DNA from: an uncultured bacterium
Lineage (GTDB): Bacteria > Patescibacteriota > Minisyncoccia > Phycocordibacterales > Phycocordibacteraceae
Assembly (NCBI GenBank): GCA_963759775.1
Contig: CAVXAH010000001.1
Coordinates: 400,682 to 464,681, forward strand
Reading direction: 5' to 3'
Length of the DNA stretch: 64,000 nucleotides
A program made the position numbers and the translations under genes. This document shows, one piece after another, positions 47,864 to 56,561 of this stretch (positions are counted from its first letter, which is position 1; every line of letters starts with the position of its first letter). The notes under the pieces were generated by a model, which was given only the letters and a program-made list of their open reading frames with translations, searched no databases and was not told the DNA's origin.

Positions 47864-48001
47864 CGTGGAATTCAGTATATCCAATAGTCTTCCAAAAGAT
47901 ATGCACCTAGCCCGGCCACGACCACAAAATATGGGTCATACTTATAGATACGGCGCGGCCGCGCCGAGAAAGTAAGCTTACTTATTTATTTTTCTGCACG
48001 C

Positions 48002-48259
48002 ATGAAAGCATTACATTGTGTCGCATTTGTTCTCGTCATCGTCGGTGCCCTCAATTGGGGCCTCGTTGGCATCGGAGGTTTTACCCAGCAAAACTGGAGT
48101 GTCGTGAACCTTCTTCTTGGTTCATGGCCTCAAGTTGAGTGGTTTGTCTATCTCCTTGTCGGTCTCTCAGGTGTTGTACTCGTCTTTACGCATAAGAGGG
48201 ACTGCAAGATGTGTGACTCTATGGGTAGCGCTATGGGAGGGGGAATGCCGAGAATGTAA
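48002..48259 (+). CDS. DUF378-family small membrane protein
   Basis: ...VLVIVGALNWGLVGIGGF... Confidence 0.75.
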   Translation: MKALHCVAFVLVIVGALNWGLVGIGGFTQQNWSVVNLLLGSWPQVEWFVYLLVGLSGVVLVFTHKRDCKMCDSMGSAMGGGMPRM

Positions 48260-48278
48260 ATTAGGTTTTTCTGTGCGC

Positions 48279-48313
48279 GAATCGCCGGCGCTCTGCGCCG
48301 GCGATTCTTTTTA
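48279..48313 (+). terminator. rho-independent terminator
   Basis: GAATCGCCGGCGC-TCT-GCGCCGGCGATTC followed by TTTTTAT. Confidence 0.8.
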
Positions 48314-48339
48314 TGGAATATGATACTGTGCGAAATATT

Positions 48340-48428
48340 GGAGGGGTGGCTGAGCGGCTGAAAGCGGCAGGTTGCTAACTTGCTATACGGGTAAAACCGT
48401 ATCGAGGGTTCGAATCCCTCCCCTTCCG
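48340..48428 (+). tRNA. tRNA-Ser (anticodon GCU), class II with long variable arm; CCA not encoded
   Basis: Hand fold: acceptor GGAGGGG/CCCTTCC (one G-U pair); D arm GCT-GAGCGGCTGAA-AGC; anticodon arm GCAGG-TTGCTAA-CTTGC; variable arm TACGG-GTAAAA-CCGTA; T arm GAGGG-TTCGAAT-CCCTC. Confidence 0.9.
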
Positions 48429-48435
48429 CACTGTT

Positions 48436-49047
48436 TTAGTGTGCAAGCGCAAGCGGAAGAATATGTTTCGCACCGGCTTCCGCAAGTGCATCAATCGCCG
48501 CCTGCATGGTTGCCCCCGTGGTAGTGACGTCGTCAAGAACTATATAAAGGAACGAGGGATCCAAAGTGCTTGACGTTCGAAATGCTCCGCGCATGTTTTC
48601 AAAACGCAGATGTCGTGGAAGTGATATTTGTGAGGCGGTATCTCGTGTGCGAAAGAGCATATCGCTCCTAACAGCAATTCCGACTTCCTTTGAAGCGCGT
48701 ACTGCAATTTCCTCCGTCTGGTTGTATTGGCGCTCCAGGAAGCGTTTCTTTCCAAGAGGCACCGGGACAAGAATTGGTCTCATCATCGTTTCGTCACTGT
48801 CGCGCAAATATTCGGAGAGAATGGCCCCTAAAAGTTGAAATGCATGCGTACTCCCGTGATATTTCGCTTCGTGGAGAAGTGCACGGACCCGCTGGTCATG
48901 AAAGGGAAGAAGGAAAAGTGTCGGAGGATTTGTTTTCGCCACAAACGTGGGCGTAAGAAGGGAAAGGAGTTCGTCCACCCCAATACCGCGCACGAGCGTC
49001 TCGTCGGCGCGCGGTGGAAAGAGGAAATCAAAAAATCGCCACATCAT
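48436..49047 (-). CDS. comF: ComF-family protein (phosphoribosyltransferase domain)
   Basis: ...FLYIVLDDVTTTGATMQAAIDAL, PRTase motif. Start taken at the internal ATG, since the ORF-track start overlaps pilM. Confidence 0.8.
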   Translation of the reverse strand: MMWRFFDFLFPPRADETLVRGIGVDELLSLLTPTFVAKTNPPTLFLLPFHDQRVRALLHEAKYHGSTHAFQLLGAILSEYLRDSDETMMRPILVPVPLGKKRFLERQYNQTEEIAVRASKEVGIAVRSDMLFRTRDTASQISLPRHLRFENMRGAFRTSSTLDPSFLYIVLDDVTTTGATMQAAIDALAEAGAKHILPLALAH

Positions 49048-49059
49048 TCTTCCACCATA
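49045..49059 (-). promoter_or_regulatory. -10-like box + 6 nt + ATG on the minus strand (leaderless comF)
   Basis: Minus strand reads TATGGT-GGAAGA-ATG. Confidence 0.45.
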
Positions 49060-49078
49060 CCGCACGCGCGCAATATGA

Positions 49079-49093
49079 TAGTATTTTCCTATG
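49079..49093 (+). promoter_or_regulatory. -10-like box + 6 nt + ATG (leaderless pilM)
   Basis: TAGTAT 49079-49084, TTTCCT, ATG 49091. Confidence 0.5.
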
Positions 49094-50191
49094 AGATTTT
49101 TTGATGCTCTCTTCAAGAAAAAAGATAAAAGCGCCCTTGGCGTTGACATCGGTTCGTCATCGCTCAAAGTGGTGCAGCTCCGGAAAGAAAGAGGGAAAGC
49201 GGTACTTGAAACGTATGGAGAACTCGCACTCGGGCCTTACGGCGGATCTGAAGTCGGTCAAGCAACAAACCTTTCCGCAGAAAAAATAGCCTCAAGCCTC
49301 AAAGATCTTTTGCGAGAGGCGAAAGTGACGACCACCTCCACAGGAGTTTCAATCCCGTTTGCACGGTCTTTGCTCACCTTGGTCACTCTTCCACGGCGCG
49401 AGAAGCCCGAAGAACAAAAGACCGTTATTGAGCTTGAGGCACGTAAGTTTATACCCGTACCAATGAGCGAAGTGCAATTGGACTGGTTCATCGTCCCTGA
49501 CATTACGGGCGGAACTGATACAAAAACGAAGGGGACTGAGAATAAAGCAGCAATGTCTACTGTTGACGTGCTTTTGGTCGCCGTACACAACGATGAGCTT
49601 ACGCTTCTTGAGCAGGCGGTGAAGGGTGCCGGCCTCACGGCAAGTTTTTATGAAATAGAAATTTTTAGCACCATTCGAGCCGCAGGACTGGATGCAATAA
49701 AACCAGCTATGGTTCTTGATATTGGTGCCGCGACCACGAAAGTCTATATTGTTGAACGCGGCGTCGTTCAGATTTCTCACTCAATCACGACCGGAAGCCA
49801 AGACATCACCCGTGCAATAGCCGCGGCAGGGAACGTCTCAATTGCACGCGCTGAAGCGCTCAAGAAAGAATCGGGTCTTGGAGAGGAGGACGGACAGCGC
49901 ACGTCTCTTGAGCTCGTGTTTGACCGGATTTTTGGAGAAGCGAAACGCGTTAGTCTGCAATACGAGACGGGTCATGAGAGGTCTATTACCGAGATTGTGC
50001 TTGCGGGTGGTGGTGGCGTTACGAAAGAGCTCGGTACGCATGCACAAAAAGCTTTTTCAATACCGGTACGTGTTGCTAACCCATTCTCAAAAACCGAAGC
50101 GCCTGCATTTATGCGAGGAGTGCTTGAAGAAATAGGTCCGGAATTTGCAGTTGCGGTTGGTCTAGCGCTCCGGAAGTTGGACGAAATCTAG
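49091..50191 (+). CDS. pilM: type IV pilus assembly protein PilM (actin-like ATPase fold)
   Basis: ...ALGVDIGSSSLKVVQL...VLDIGAATTKVYIV.... First gene of the pilus locus. Confidence 0.88.
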   Translation: MRFFDALFKKKDKSALGVDIGSSSLKVVQLRKERGKAVLETYGELALGPYGGSEVGQATNLSAEKIASSLKDLLREAKVTTTSTGVSIPFARSLLTLVTLPRREKPEEQKTVIELEARKFIPVPMSEVQLDWFIVPDITGGTDTKTKGTENKAAMSTVDVLLVAVHNDELTLLEQAVKGAGLTASFYEIEIFSTIRAAGLDAIKPAMVLDIGAATTKVYIVERGVVQISHSITTGSQDITRAIAAAGNVSIARAEALKKESGLGEEDGQRTSLELVFDRIFGEAKRVSLQYETGHERSITEIVLAGGGGVTKELGTHAQKAFSIPVRVANPFSKTEAPAFMRGVLEEIGPEFAVAVGLALRKLDEI

Positions 50192-50252
50192 AGGTTGTAC
50201 ACAGTCAGTCGTTATAGGAGTGCGCGTGTCTCTTATACTATAAGGGATACGT

Positions 50253-50876
50253 ATGGCTGTTCCTCCCACGATTCCAACCTCCTTCGTTCCCCACCCAGGC
50301 TCATCCCTAGGCCAGCCTCACTCGGGGCACGACATAACTGGTGCGTTCGGATTTTTCGCATACTTTGTTTTGGGGTTCGTCGTCCTCTCTGCGTTTGGCG
50401 TATTTGGGTACGACCAATTCCTTGCTTCTCGTGAGACCACAAAAAATGCCGAGCTTTCAAAGGCACAAACTGAGCTTGATCCGCATACCGTATCAAATGT
50501 CGTCCGACTCCGAGACAGGCTCTCGTATGGAGATTCACTTTTGAATGCGCACGTTGCGCCCTCAAATTTGTTCCGCTTGTTTGAAAACATTCTTCCAAGG
50601 ACCGTTCGATTCGAAAGAGTTCGTCTCGTGTTTGATACACAAGGCAAAGCAACGCTTACTGCCGAAGGAACGGCAAAGACGTTTAATGCACTTGCCGCAG
50701 CTTCGGACGCACTGGGAAAGGATGGTCGCATACGAAATGCAATTTTCTCTGGCGTATCGGTCGCAAATGACAACACCGTTGATTTCACTCTTTCTGCGCT
50801 TATTGACCGCGATCTCTTTGCATTTAAGCCTGCAGAAACTTCAAGCGTGTCCTCCGCTACTACAACCACACCATGA
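50253..50876 (+). CDS. pilN: PilN-like bitopic pilus assembly protein
   Basis: Single TM helix (FGFFAYFVLGFVVLSAFGVFGY) then a coiled periplasmic domain; position after pilM. Confidence 0.6.
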   Translation: MAVPPTIPTSFVPHPGSSLGQPHSGHDITGAFGFFAYFVLGFVVLSAFGVFGYDQFLASRETTKNAELSKAQTELDPHTVSNVVRLRDRLSYGDSLLNAHVAPSNLFRLFENILPRTVRFERVRLVFDTQGKATLTAEGTAKTFNALAAASDALGKDGRIRNAIFSGVSVANDNTVDFTLSALIDRDLFAFKPAETSSVSSATTTTP

Positions 50877-51418
50877 GAAGCAACATCCTTCCTAGTCTTG
50901 CGGTGCTCGTTTCCATACTCATTTTCTTCGGGTACACAAAACCGATTTATACCGGTTCTCTGAAAGGTCACCAGATCGCTATTGAGTCGGCAACAAAGGC
51001 TCTTGCCGCGGCCGCCAACTACGTGGAGCGCGCCAACGCGCTCACTGCCGAGGAAGCGGCAATGGACCAAGTAGCACTCGCTCGTCTTGAAGTTATGCTT
51101 CCGGACTCGGTCAGCAACATCCGTACCATACTTGACCTTGATGCGCTCGCGGCACGTTCGGGAGTAGCACTTTCGTCCGTTGATATTTCAGAGACAAGTG
51201 CGGAAAAGATCTCAGATACCGAGAACATCTCTGCAAGCCCCATCGCTTCAGTAGAACTTTCCGTTTCAGGCAAAGGAACATACGCCGCTTTCCAGAGATT
51301 TCTCGCAGGTATAGAAACGAGCGAGCGCTTACTTGATGTGACGGACGTAGCGATTACCGGATCAGATACAGGGGTCTATACATATCAATTAACCGTTCGT
51401 CTTTACTGGCTTCGATAA
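50873..51418 (+). CDS. pilO: PilO-like bitopic pilus assembly protein
   Basis: TM helix ILPSLAVLVSILIFFGY, then coiled coil and alpha/beta domain. 4-nt overlap with the upstream gene. Confidence 0.6.
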   Translation: MRSNILPSLAVLVSILIFFGYTKPIYTGSLKGHQIAIESATKALAAAANYVERANALTAEEAAMDQVALARLEVMLPDSVSNIRTILDLDALAARSGVALSSVDISETSAEKISDTENISASPIASVELSVSGKGTYAAFQRFLAGIETSERLLDVTDVAITGSDTGVYTYQLTVRLYWLR

Positions 51419-51421
51419 CGT

Positions 51422-51703
51422 ATGAAACTTACACCTTCAACTATCGGGTTTGCGGTTGCCGGAATCATCGTTCTTCTTGGCGGGTACTGGTATGTTTCTT
51501 CGCCCAAGGAAGAAAAGACTCTCTCCGCTCTTTCCGGACCGCCACCGCTTGAAAATCAATTTCTCGTGCTTACCAACACGCTCGAGCCGATTGCCTTTTC
51601 CACCACTATATTTGACGACCCGCGTTTCAAGGCCCTGGTGAATATCACGACCCCTATCTCTTCGGAAGATGTGGGACGTCCGGATCCTTTTGCACCGCTC
51701 TAG
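51422..51703 (+). CDS. small bitopic protein of the pilus locus (93 aa)
   Basis: TM helix IGFAVAGIIVLLGGYWYV; tight spacing after the pilO-like gene. Confidence 0.55.
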   Translation: MKLTPSTIGFAVAGIIVLLGGYWYVSSPKEEKTLSALSGPPPLENQFLVLTNTLEPIAFSTTIFDDPRFKALVNITTPISSEDVGRPDPFAPL

Positions 51704-51736
51704 TTATTTTTTGTGGGAGTATACTAGATTCACGGT

Positions 51737-51863
51737 ATGAATCCCGTTAGAGGTAAACTACAGGCGAGTTAATGATATTCTTAATGAGATGATAAGGTCG
51801 AATTTATTACTTTCGTTAATAATCGTACGGAAATCTCAGATTTCCTACCTCTAACGGGATGAA
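51737..51863 (+). mobile_element. MITE-like TIR element, family 1, copy 2 (116 bp) with flanking ATGAA direct repeats, sitting on the pilB start codon
   Basis: TAGATT-CACGGT-ATGAAT | CCCGTTAGAGGT (51743-54) ... GGAAATC-TCA-GATTTCC (51829-45) T ACCTCTAACGGG (51847-58) | ATGAAC (pilB). Confidence 0.6.
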
Positions 51864-53676
51864 CTTTCTCACCACACTGGTTGACACCAACCTTCTTTCT
51901 GCGAAGGATCGCCTTGAGGTAGAAGCACGTCTTGAAAAGGGCACACCACTGAAAGAGGCGCTTCTTGAGCGAGGTGTCGTGCTTGCGGATGCGCTCACAA
52001 AAGCAGGAGACGCATACGGAATCCCATCACGCGTACTTTCCGACCCACCTGCCGACCAGGACGTCTTCAGATATATTCCCCTTGAGTCTGCAAAACATTA
52101 CGGATTCGTACCGCTTGCAGAGGTGAACGGGGCGCTTGAAGTGGGCATCATTGACCCCGACAACATAGAGGCGATGGACGCACTCCATTTCATTAGCGGC
52201 AAACTCGGGCTTCCGTACAAAATATTTCTGATCACAAAAGAGGACTTTGATCGCGTTATAGAGGCTTATCAAAACCTTTCGGGCGAAGTCGGGAAAGCCC
52301 TTTCCGAATTTGAAACAGCCGCCGCCGCGCCTGTGCCGAAAACAGAACGAACCGAGAAATCTATGCGCGCGCTCCCCGAAGAGGAGATGCTTGATCTTGC
52401 GGGTCGCTCGGACGCGCTTCAAGAAGATACGATGACGAATCTGGAAGGACGTTCGGAAACACTTAAAGAAGACGCGCCAGTCACCAAGATTGTCTCTACG
52501 ATTCTCCGGTATGCTATTGAAGGTCAGGCTTCGGACGTACATATAGAGCCGTCTCCTACAAAAACGAGAGTGCGTTTTCGTATGGATGGAGAGCTTCATA
52601 CCTCGCTTGAGCTGCCAGCTAAGGTGCACGAAGCAGTCGTTGCGCGCATCAAAATTGTCTCCAAATTGCGACTTGATGAGAAACGAAAACCGCAAGACGG
52701 TCGGTTTTCTGCGACCGTTGAAAAACGTCGCATAGACTTTCGCGTTTCCACGTTTCCAACCGACTTCGGGGAAAAAGTGGTGATGCGTATTCTTGACCAG
52801 TCGCAGACAACGGCGACCCTTGAGTCGGTGGGACTTACGAATGAAAACCTTTCTACGGTCCGCGATCTTCTTAAAGTGCCATACGGCATCGTGCTTATTT
52901 CGGGTCCGACGGGCTCCGGCAAGTCAACGACACTTTTTGCCATGCTCTCCGAGCTCGACCGCGAAACATTAAATGTCGTGTCGCTTGAAGACCCTATTGA
53001 GTATCAAATTCCCGGTGTTTCTCAGAGCCAGGTAAGACCAGAAATCGGTTATACCTTTGCGTCGGGCCTCCGTTCAATTCTGCGCCAAGACCCAGACGTC
53101 ATCATGGTGGGTGAAATTCGTGATAAAGAAACAGCCGCACTTGCGGTGCAGGCGGCGCTGACCGGTCACTTGGTTTTCTCAACCATCCACACCAACACCG
53201 CTGCAGGTGCTATTTCGCGCCTTGTTGATATGGGTGTTGACCCCTACCTTATCGCACCGACCCTGGTTGCCGTCATGGGTCAACGTCTCGTGCGCAAGCT
53301 TTGTGAAGGGGCGGGGAAACCGGTTCCGATGAAAGATAGTATCAAGGGTCTTCTTGAAAAAGAATTTGCGGACTTGCCGGAACAGTACCGCAAGAAACTT
53401 CCTCCCTTTAAACAATTCTACCGAGCCGCACCAACCGAGGACTGTCCGAATGGACTTCGTGGCCGGCTGGGCGTATTTGAAATACTCAAAGTCACCGACA
53501 CGCTTGAAAGAGCGATTCTGGAAAGCCCCGTTGAGGAAAAGATTTACCAAGCGGCACGGAAGGAAGGAATGTTTACTATGCGTGAAGATGCCATCATTCG
53601 CGCACTTGCCGGTGAGATTCCTTTTGAAGAAGTAAATACACTCGGGGGAGACCTTTTCCCCGAAGAGCGCACTTGA
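51859..53676 (+). CDS. pilB: type IV pilus assembly ATPase PilB (GspE family)
   Basis: Walker A GPTGSGKSTT; ...LRQDPDVIMVGEIRD...; TGHLVFSTIHTN; N-terminal MshEN-like domain. Confidence 0.95.
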   Translation: MNFLTTLVDTNLLSAKDRLEVEARLEKGTPLKEALLERGVVLADALTKAGDAYGIPSRVLSDPPADQDVFRYIPLESAKHYGFVPLAEVNGALEVGIIDPDNIEAMDALHFISGKLGLPYKIFLITKEDFDRVIEAYQNLSGEVGKALSEFETAAAAPVPKTERTEKSMRALPEEEMLDLAGRSDALQEDTMTNLEGRSETLKEDAPVTKIVSTILRYAIEGQASDVHIEPSPTKTRVRFRMDGELHTSLELPAKVHEAVVARIKIVSKLRLDEKRKPQDGRFSATVEKRRIDFRVSTFPTDFGEKVVMRILDQSQTTATLESVGLTNENLSTVRDLLKVPYGIVLISGPTGSGKSTTLFAMLSELDRETLNVVSLEDPIEYQIPGVSQSQVRPEIGYTFASGLRSILRQDPDVIMVGEIRDKETAALAVQAALTGHLVFSTIHTNTAAGAISRLVDMGVDPYLIAPTLVAVMGQRLVRKLCEGAGKPVPMKDSIKGLLEKEFADLPEQYRKKLPPFKQFYRAAPTEDCPNGLRGRLGVFEILKVTDTLERAILESPVEEKIYQAARKEGMFTMREDAIIRALAGEIPFEEVNTLGGDLFPEERT

Positions 53677-53705
53677 TACATTCGCTCTGGTGTACAATAA
53701 ACACA

Positions 53706-54104
53706 ATGGCGTACCGTATCCACCTTGTTGATGACGACCGTTTCCTCATTGATCTCTATGCAGTGAAGTTCAAAAACGCCGGACACACCGTCACGACGTT
53801 CTTTGGAGGCGAAGATTTGCTTGCAACTCTCCGGAAAGGAGATCAGGAACCCGACGCAGTTCTCCTTGATATCATCATGCCCGGCATGGATGGTTTTTCT
53901 ACGCTTGAGGCACTTCGCAAGGAAAAACTCCTCAAGAAAGCAAAGGTGATTATTCTTTCAAATCAGGGGCAGGAATCCGACATTGAACGCGCCCGCGCGC
54001 TTGGGGTCGCCGGTTATATCGTTAAGGCCTCAGCAATCCCTTCAGAAGTCCTTTCGGAAACACTCCGCATTATTGAAGGAGGAGAAGTAAACCCAAATGA
54101 CTGA
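53706..54104 (+). CDS. single-domain response regulator (REC only, CheY/PilH-like)
   Basis: ...IHLVDDD...AVLLDIIMPGMDGFSTLEALR...KVIILSNQGQ...GYIVKA. Confidence 0.88.
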   Translation: MAYRIHLVDDDRFLIDLYAVKFKNAGHTVTTFFGGEDLLATLRKGDQEPDAVLLDIIMPGMDGFSTLEALRKEKLLKKAKVIILSNQGQESDIERARALGVAGYIVKASAIPSEVLSETLRIIEGGEVNPND

Positions 54105-55155
54105 CCGACACTTTTCGGAATTGCTTGACTTGGTTATCGCCCAGGGCGGTTCAGACCTCCATCTTTCAGCAGGTCATCCGCCGGTCATTCGGGTCGCCAG
54201 CCGTCTGCTTCCCATAGATTCTCATAAGCCGCTCACTCCTGCCGAGACCGAGAGCATGTTGAAAAATATTGTTCCTGCGGAACGCTGGGAACTTTTCCAA
54301 AAGAATCAGAGCATTGACCTTTCCTATGCGCACACAAACAACGCGCGGTTTCGCGTCAACGGCTATCGTGTTCAGGGCACCGTCGCACTCGCACTCCGCT
54401 TGATTTCACACGAGATAAAGACCTTTGGAGACCTTAATCTCCCTTCCATTTTGGAAGTGTTTGCACAGCGTGAGCAGGGTTTTTTCCTTTGTGTGGGTCC
54501 TGTGGGGCAGGGAAAGTCAACGACGCTCGCGGCAATGATTGACCGCGTTAACAACACGCGCGCGGAACACATCGTGACTATTGAAGATCCGATTGAATAT
54601 ATTTTCACACCCAAAAAATCCCTGATTCACCAGCGAGAAATACACATTGATGCGCCAAATTTCCAAACAGCCCTCCAGTCGGCATTTCGTGAAGACGTAG
54701 ACGTGATTATGGTGGGAGAAATGCGCGACTATGAAACCATCTCGTCGGCCGTGACTGCCGCAGAGACGGGACACCTCGTGTTCTCAACGCTCCACACCAA
54801 CAACGCCGCGCAGACTATTGACCGCATCATTGATATGTTTCCGGCAAACCAGCAGTCGCAGGTGCGCGTACAGCTCGCGGGTTCTTTGGCGGGCATTTTC
54901 TCGCAACGCCTCATTCCACGCGTTTCCGGTGGCCTCATTCCGGCATATGAACTTCTTATCAACAACACGGCGGTTTCAAACCTCATCCGCGAAGCGCAGA
55001 CGCACGAAATCTCTGCCGTAGTTCAGACCTCTTCGCAAGAAGGAATGATTGATATGGATCGGAGTCTTGCCGACCTCGTGCGACGCGGAGAGGTGACCGT
55101 AGAGCATGCATACGAGCACGCTATGGATCCGAAAACCTTTGAACGCTACTTATAG
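54097..55155 (+). CDS. pilT: type IV pilus retraction ATPase PilT
   Basis: ...GGSDLHLSAGHPPVIRV...; Walker A GPVGQGKSTT; ...AFREDVDVIMVGEMRD...TGHLVFSTLHTN. Confidence 0.93.
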   Translation: MTDRHFSELLDLVIAQGGSDLHLSAGHPPVIRVASRLLPIDSHKPLTPAETESMLKNIVPAERWELFQKNQSIDLSYAHTNNARFRVNGYRVQGTVALALRLISHEIKTFGDLNLPSILEVFAQREQGFFLCVGPVGQGKSTTLAAMIDRVNNTRAEHIVTIEDPIEYIFTPKKSLIHQREIHIDAPNFQTALQSAFREDVDVIMVGEMRDYETISSAVTAAETGHLVFSTLHTNNAAQTIDRIIDMFPANQQSQVRVQLAGSLAGIFSQRLIPRVSGGLIPAYELLINNTAVSNLIREAQTHEISAVVQTSSQEGMIDMDRSLADLVRRGEVTVEHAYEHAMDPKTFERYL

Positions 55156-55157
55156 CT

Positions 55158-56363
55158 ATGTTGTTTACGTATAAAGCAATTGATCAGGACGGCCACGAAC
55201 GGGAAGGCACGATTGAAGCACTTTCAAAAGATACGGCGGTCTCTGCGCTTCAACGGCGCAATCTCATCATTTCGAATATCACATCGGCCGAGACCACTGC
55301 GGCGTCCCTCCTTCACATGGAGCTCTTTACGCGGATTTCAAACAAAGAGGTCGTTATCCTTTCGCGTCAAATCGCAACCCTTTTTGAGGCACAGGTGTCT
55401 GCGCTTCGAGTTTTCCGCCTCCTCGCCGCCGAGGTAGAGAACAAAGGACTTTCAAAAGTTCTGACTGAAATTGCTGATGATATACAGGGGGGAAGTCCCA
55501 TCAGCAAGGCACTGGGGAAGCATCCGAAAGTCTTCTCGGCATTTTATGTAAACATGGTGAAAGCAGGTGAAGAGTCGGGCAAACTCTCCGACACCTTCGT
55601 GCACCTCGCCGACCACCTGGACCGCTCCTACGAAATTATTTCTAAAGCAGAAAACGCACTTATTTACCCCCTCTTCGTCATTGGAGTCTTCTTTGCGGTG
55701 ATGGCACTGGTGCTCACGCTCGTCATTCCAAAAATCACGGCAGTGCTTGTTGATTCCGGACAGGAAATACCTGTTTACACGAAAGTCGTCATTGGTATTT
55801 CAAATCTCCTCGTCAACTACGGCATTTTCATCCTCTTGGGTCTCGTCGCGTTTGGGTTTTATGTATGGCGTCTCTCACAAACGGGACGCGGGAGTCTCAT
55901 GCTTGACCGGTTGAAACTTTCGGTGCCGTATGTGGGGGACCTCTACTCAAAACTCTACCTTTCGCGCATCGCGGACAACTTCTCCGTCATGCTTCTTTCT
56001 GGTGTCACGGCAATTGAGGCGCTTGAGGTTACCTCTCTTGTTGTTGATAACCACGTGTTTAAGGGAGTTCTGAACGAGGTAAAGGCTGACGTGAGAGGCG
56101 GGGCATCTATTTCTTCTGCATTTGACCGGCACCCTGAGATTCCTGGCATTATGGTCGCCATGGTGCGGGTTGGTGAAGAGACGGGCGAGCTCTCAAAGAT
56201 CCTCGCGACGCTTGCGCGTTTCTACAACCGCGAAGTAACGAATGCCGTTGATACGCTGGTCGGCCTCATTGAGCCTATTATGATCGTGCTTCTTGGTCTT
56301 GGGGTCGGCACCTTGCTTGCCGCAGTGCTTCTCCCGATATACAACCTCGCCGGCTCCTTCTAG
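55158..56363 (+). CDS. pilC: type IV pilus inner-membrane platform protein PilC (GspF family)
   Basis: Two T2SSF repeats (...MVKAGEESGKLSDTF... and ...MVRVGEETGELSKIL...). Confidence 0.93.
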   Translation: MLFTYKAIDQDGHEREGTIEALSKDTAVSALQRRNLIISNITSAETTAASLLHMELFTRISNKEVVILSRQIATLFEAQVSALRVFRLLAAEVENKGLSKVLTEIADDIQGGSPISKALGKHPKVFSAFYVNMVKAGEESGKLSDTFVHLADHLDRSYEIISKAENALIYPLFVIGVFFAVMALVLTLVIPKITAVLVDSGQEIPVYTKVVIGISNLLVNYGIFILLGLVAFGFYVWRLSQTGRGSLMLDRLKLSVPYVGDLYSKLYLSRIADNFSVMLLSGVTAIEALEVTSLVVDNHVFKGVLNEVKADVRGGASISSAFDRHPEIPGIMVAMVRVGEETGELSKILATLARFYNREVTNAVDTLVGLIEPIMIVLLGLGVGTLLAAVLLPIYNLAGSF

Positions 56364-56374
56364 AGGCGTCTCCC

Positions 56375-56473
56375 AAAACCCTCATCTGCTTCGTTGCTCG
56401 TTCCGGTGCTCATTCACCGTATGTTGAATACGGCTCACTTCGCTCCTCACTCACGCCTCGCATCTGAAGGGTT
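56375..56473 (+). repeat. REP-like structured element, copy B
   Basis: AAAACCCTCATCTGCTTCGTT ... GCCTCGCATCTGAAGGGTTT. Same ends as 27916-28019 with an unrelated core (hairpin CCGTAT-GTTGA-ATACGG). Confidence 0.65.
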
Positions 56474-56561
56474 TATGGGACACGCCTGGAGCTATCCACA
56501 GTACCCTCTACAGGGAGGGTGAAATGGCTTACAATAGACCCATTAACTTTTAAAACAGCAT

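Noticed and set aside
50318-51070. 250-aa minus-strand ORF (similar antisense ORFs at 52027-52695, 45733-46296, 23248-23754, 36357-36893)
   Set aside because: All are antisense to well-supported genes (pilN/O-like, pilB, groEL, rpsE and the beta-helix protein). They have Arg/Ser/Cys-rich shadow-frame composition.
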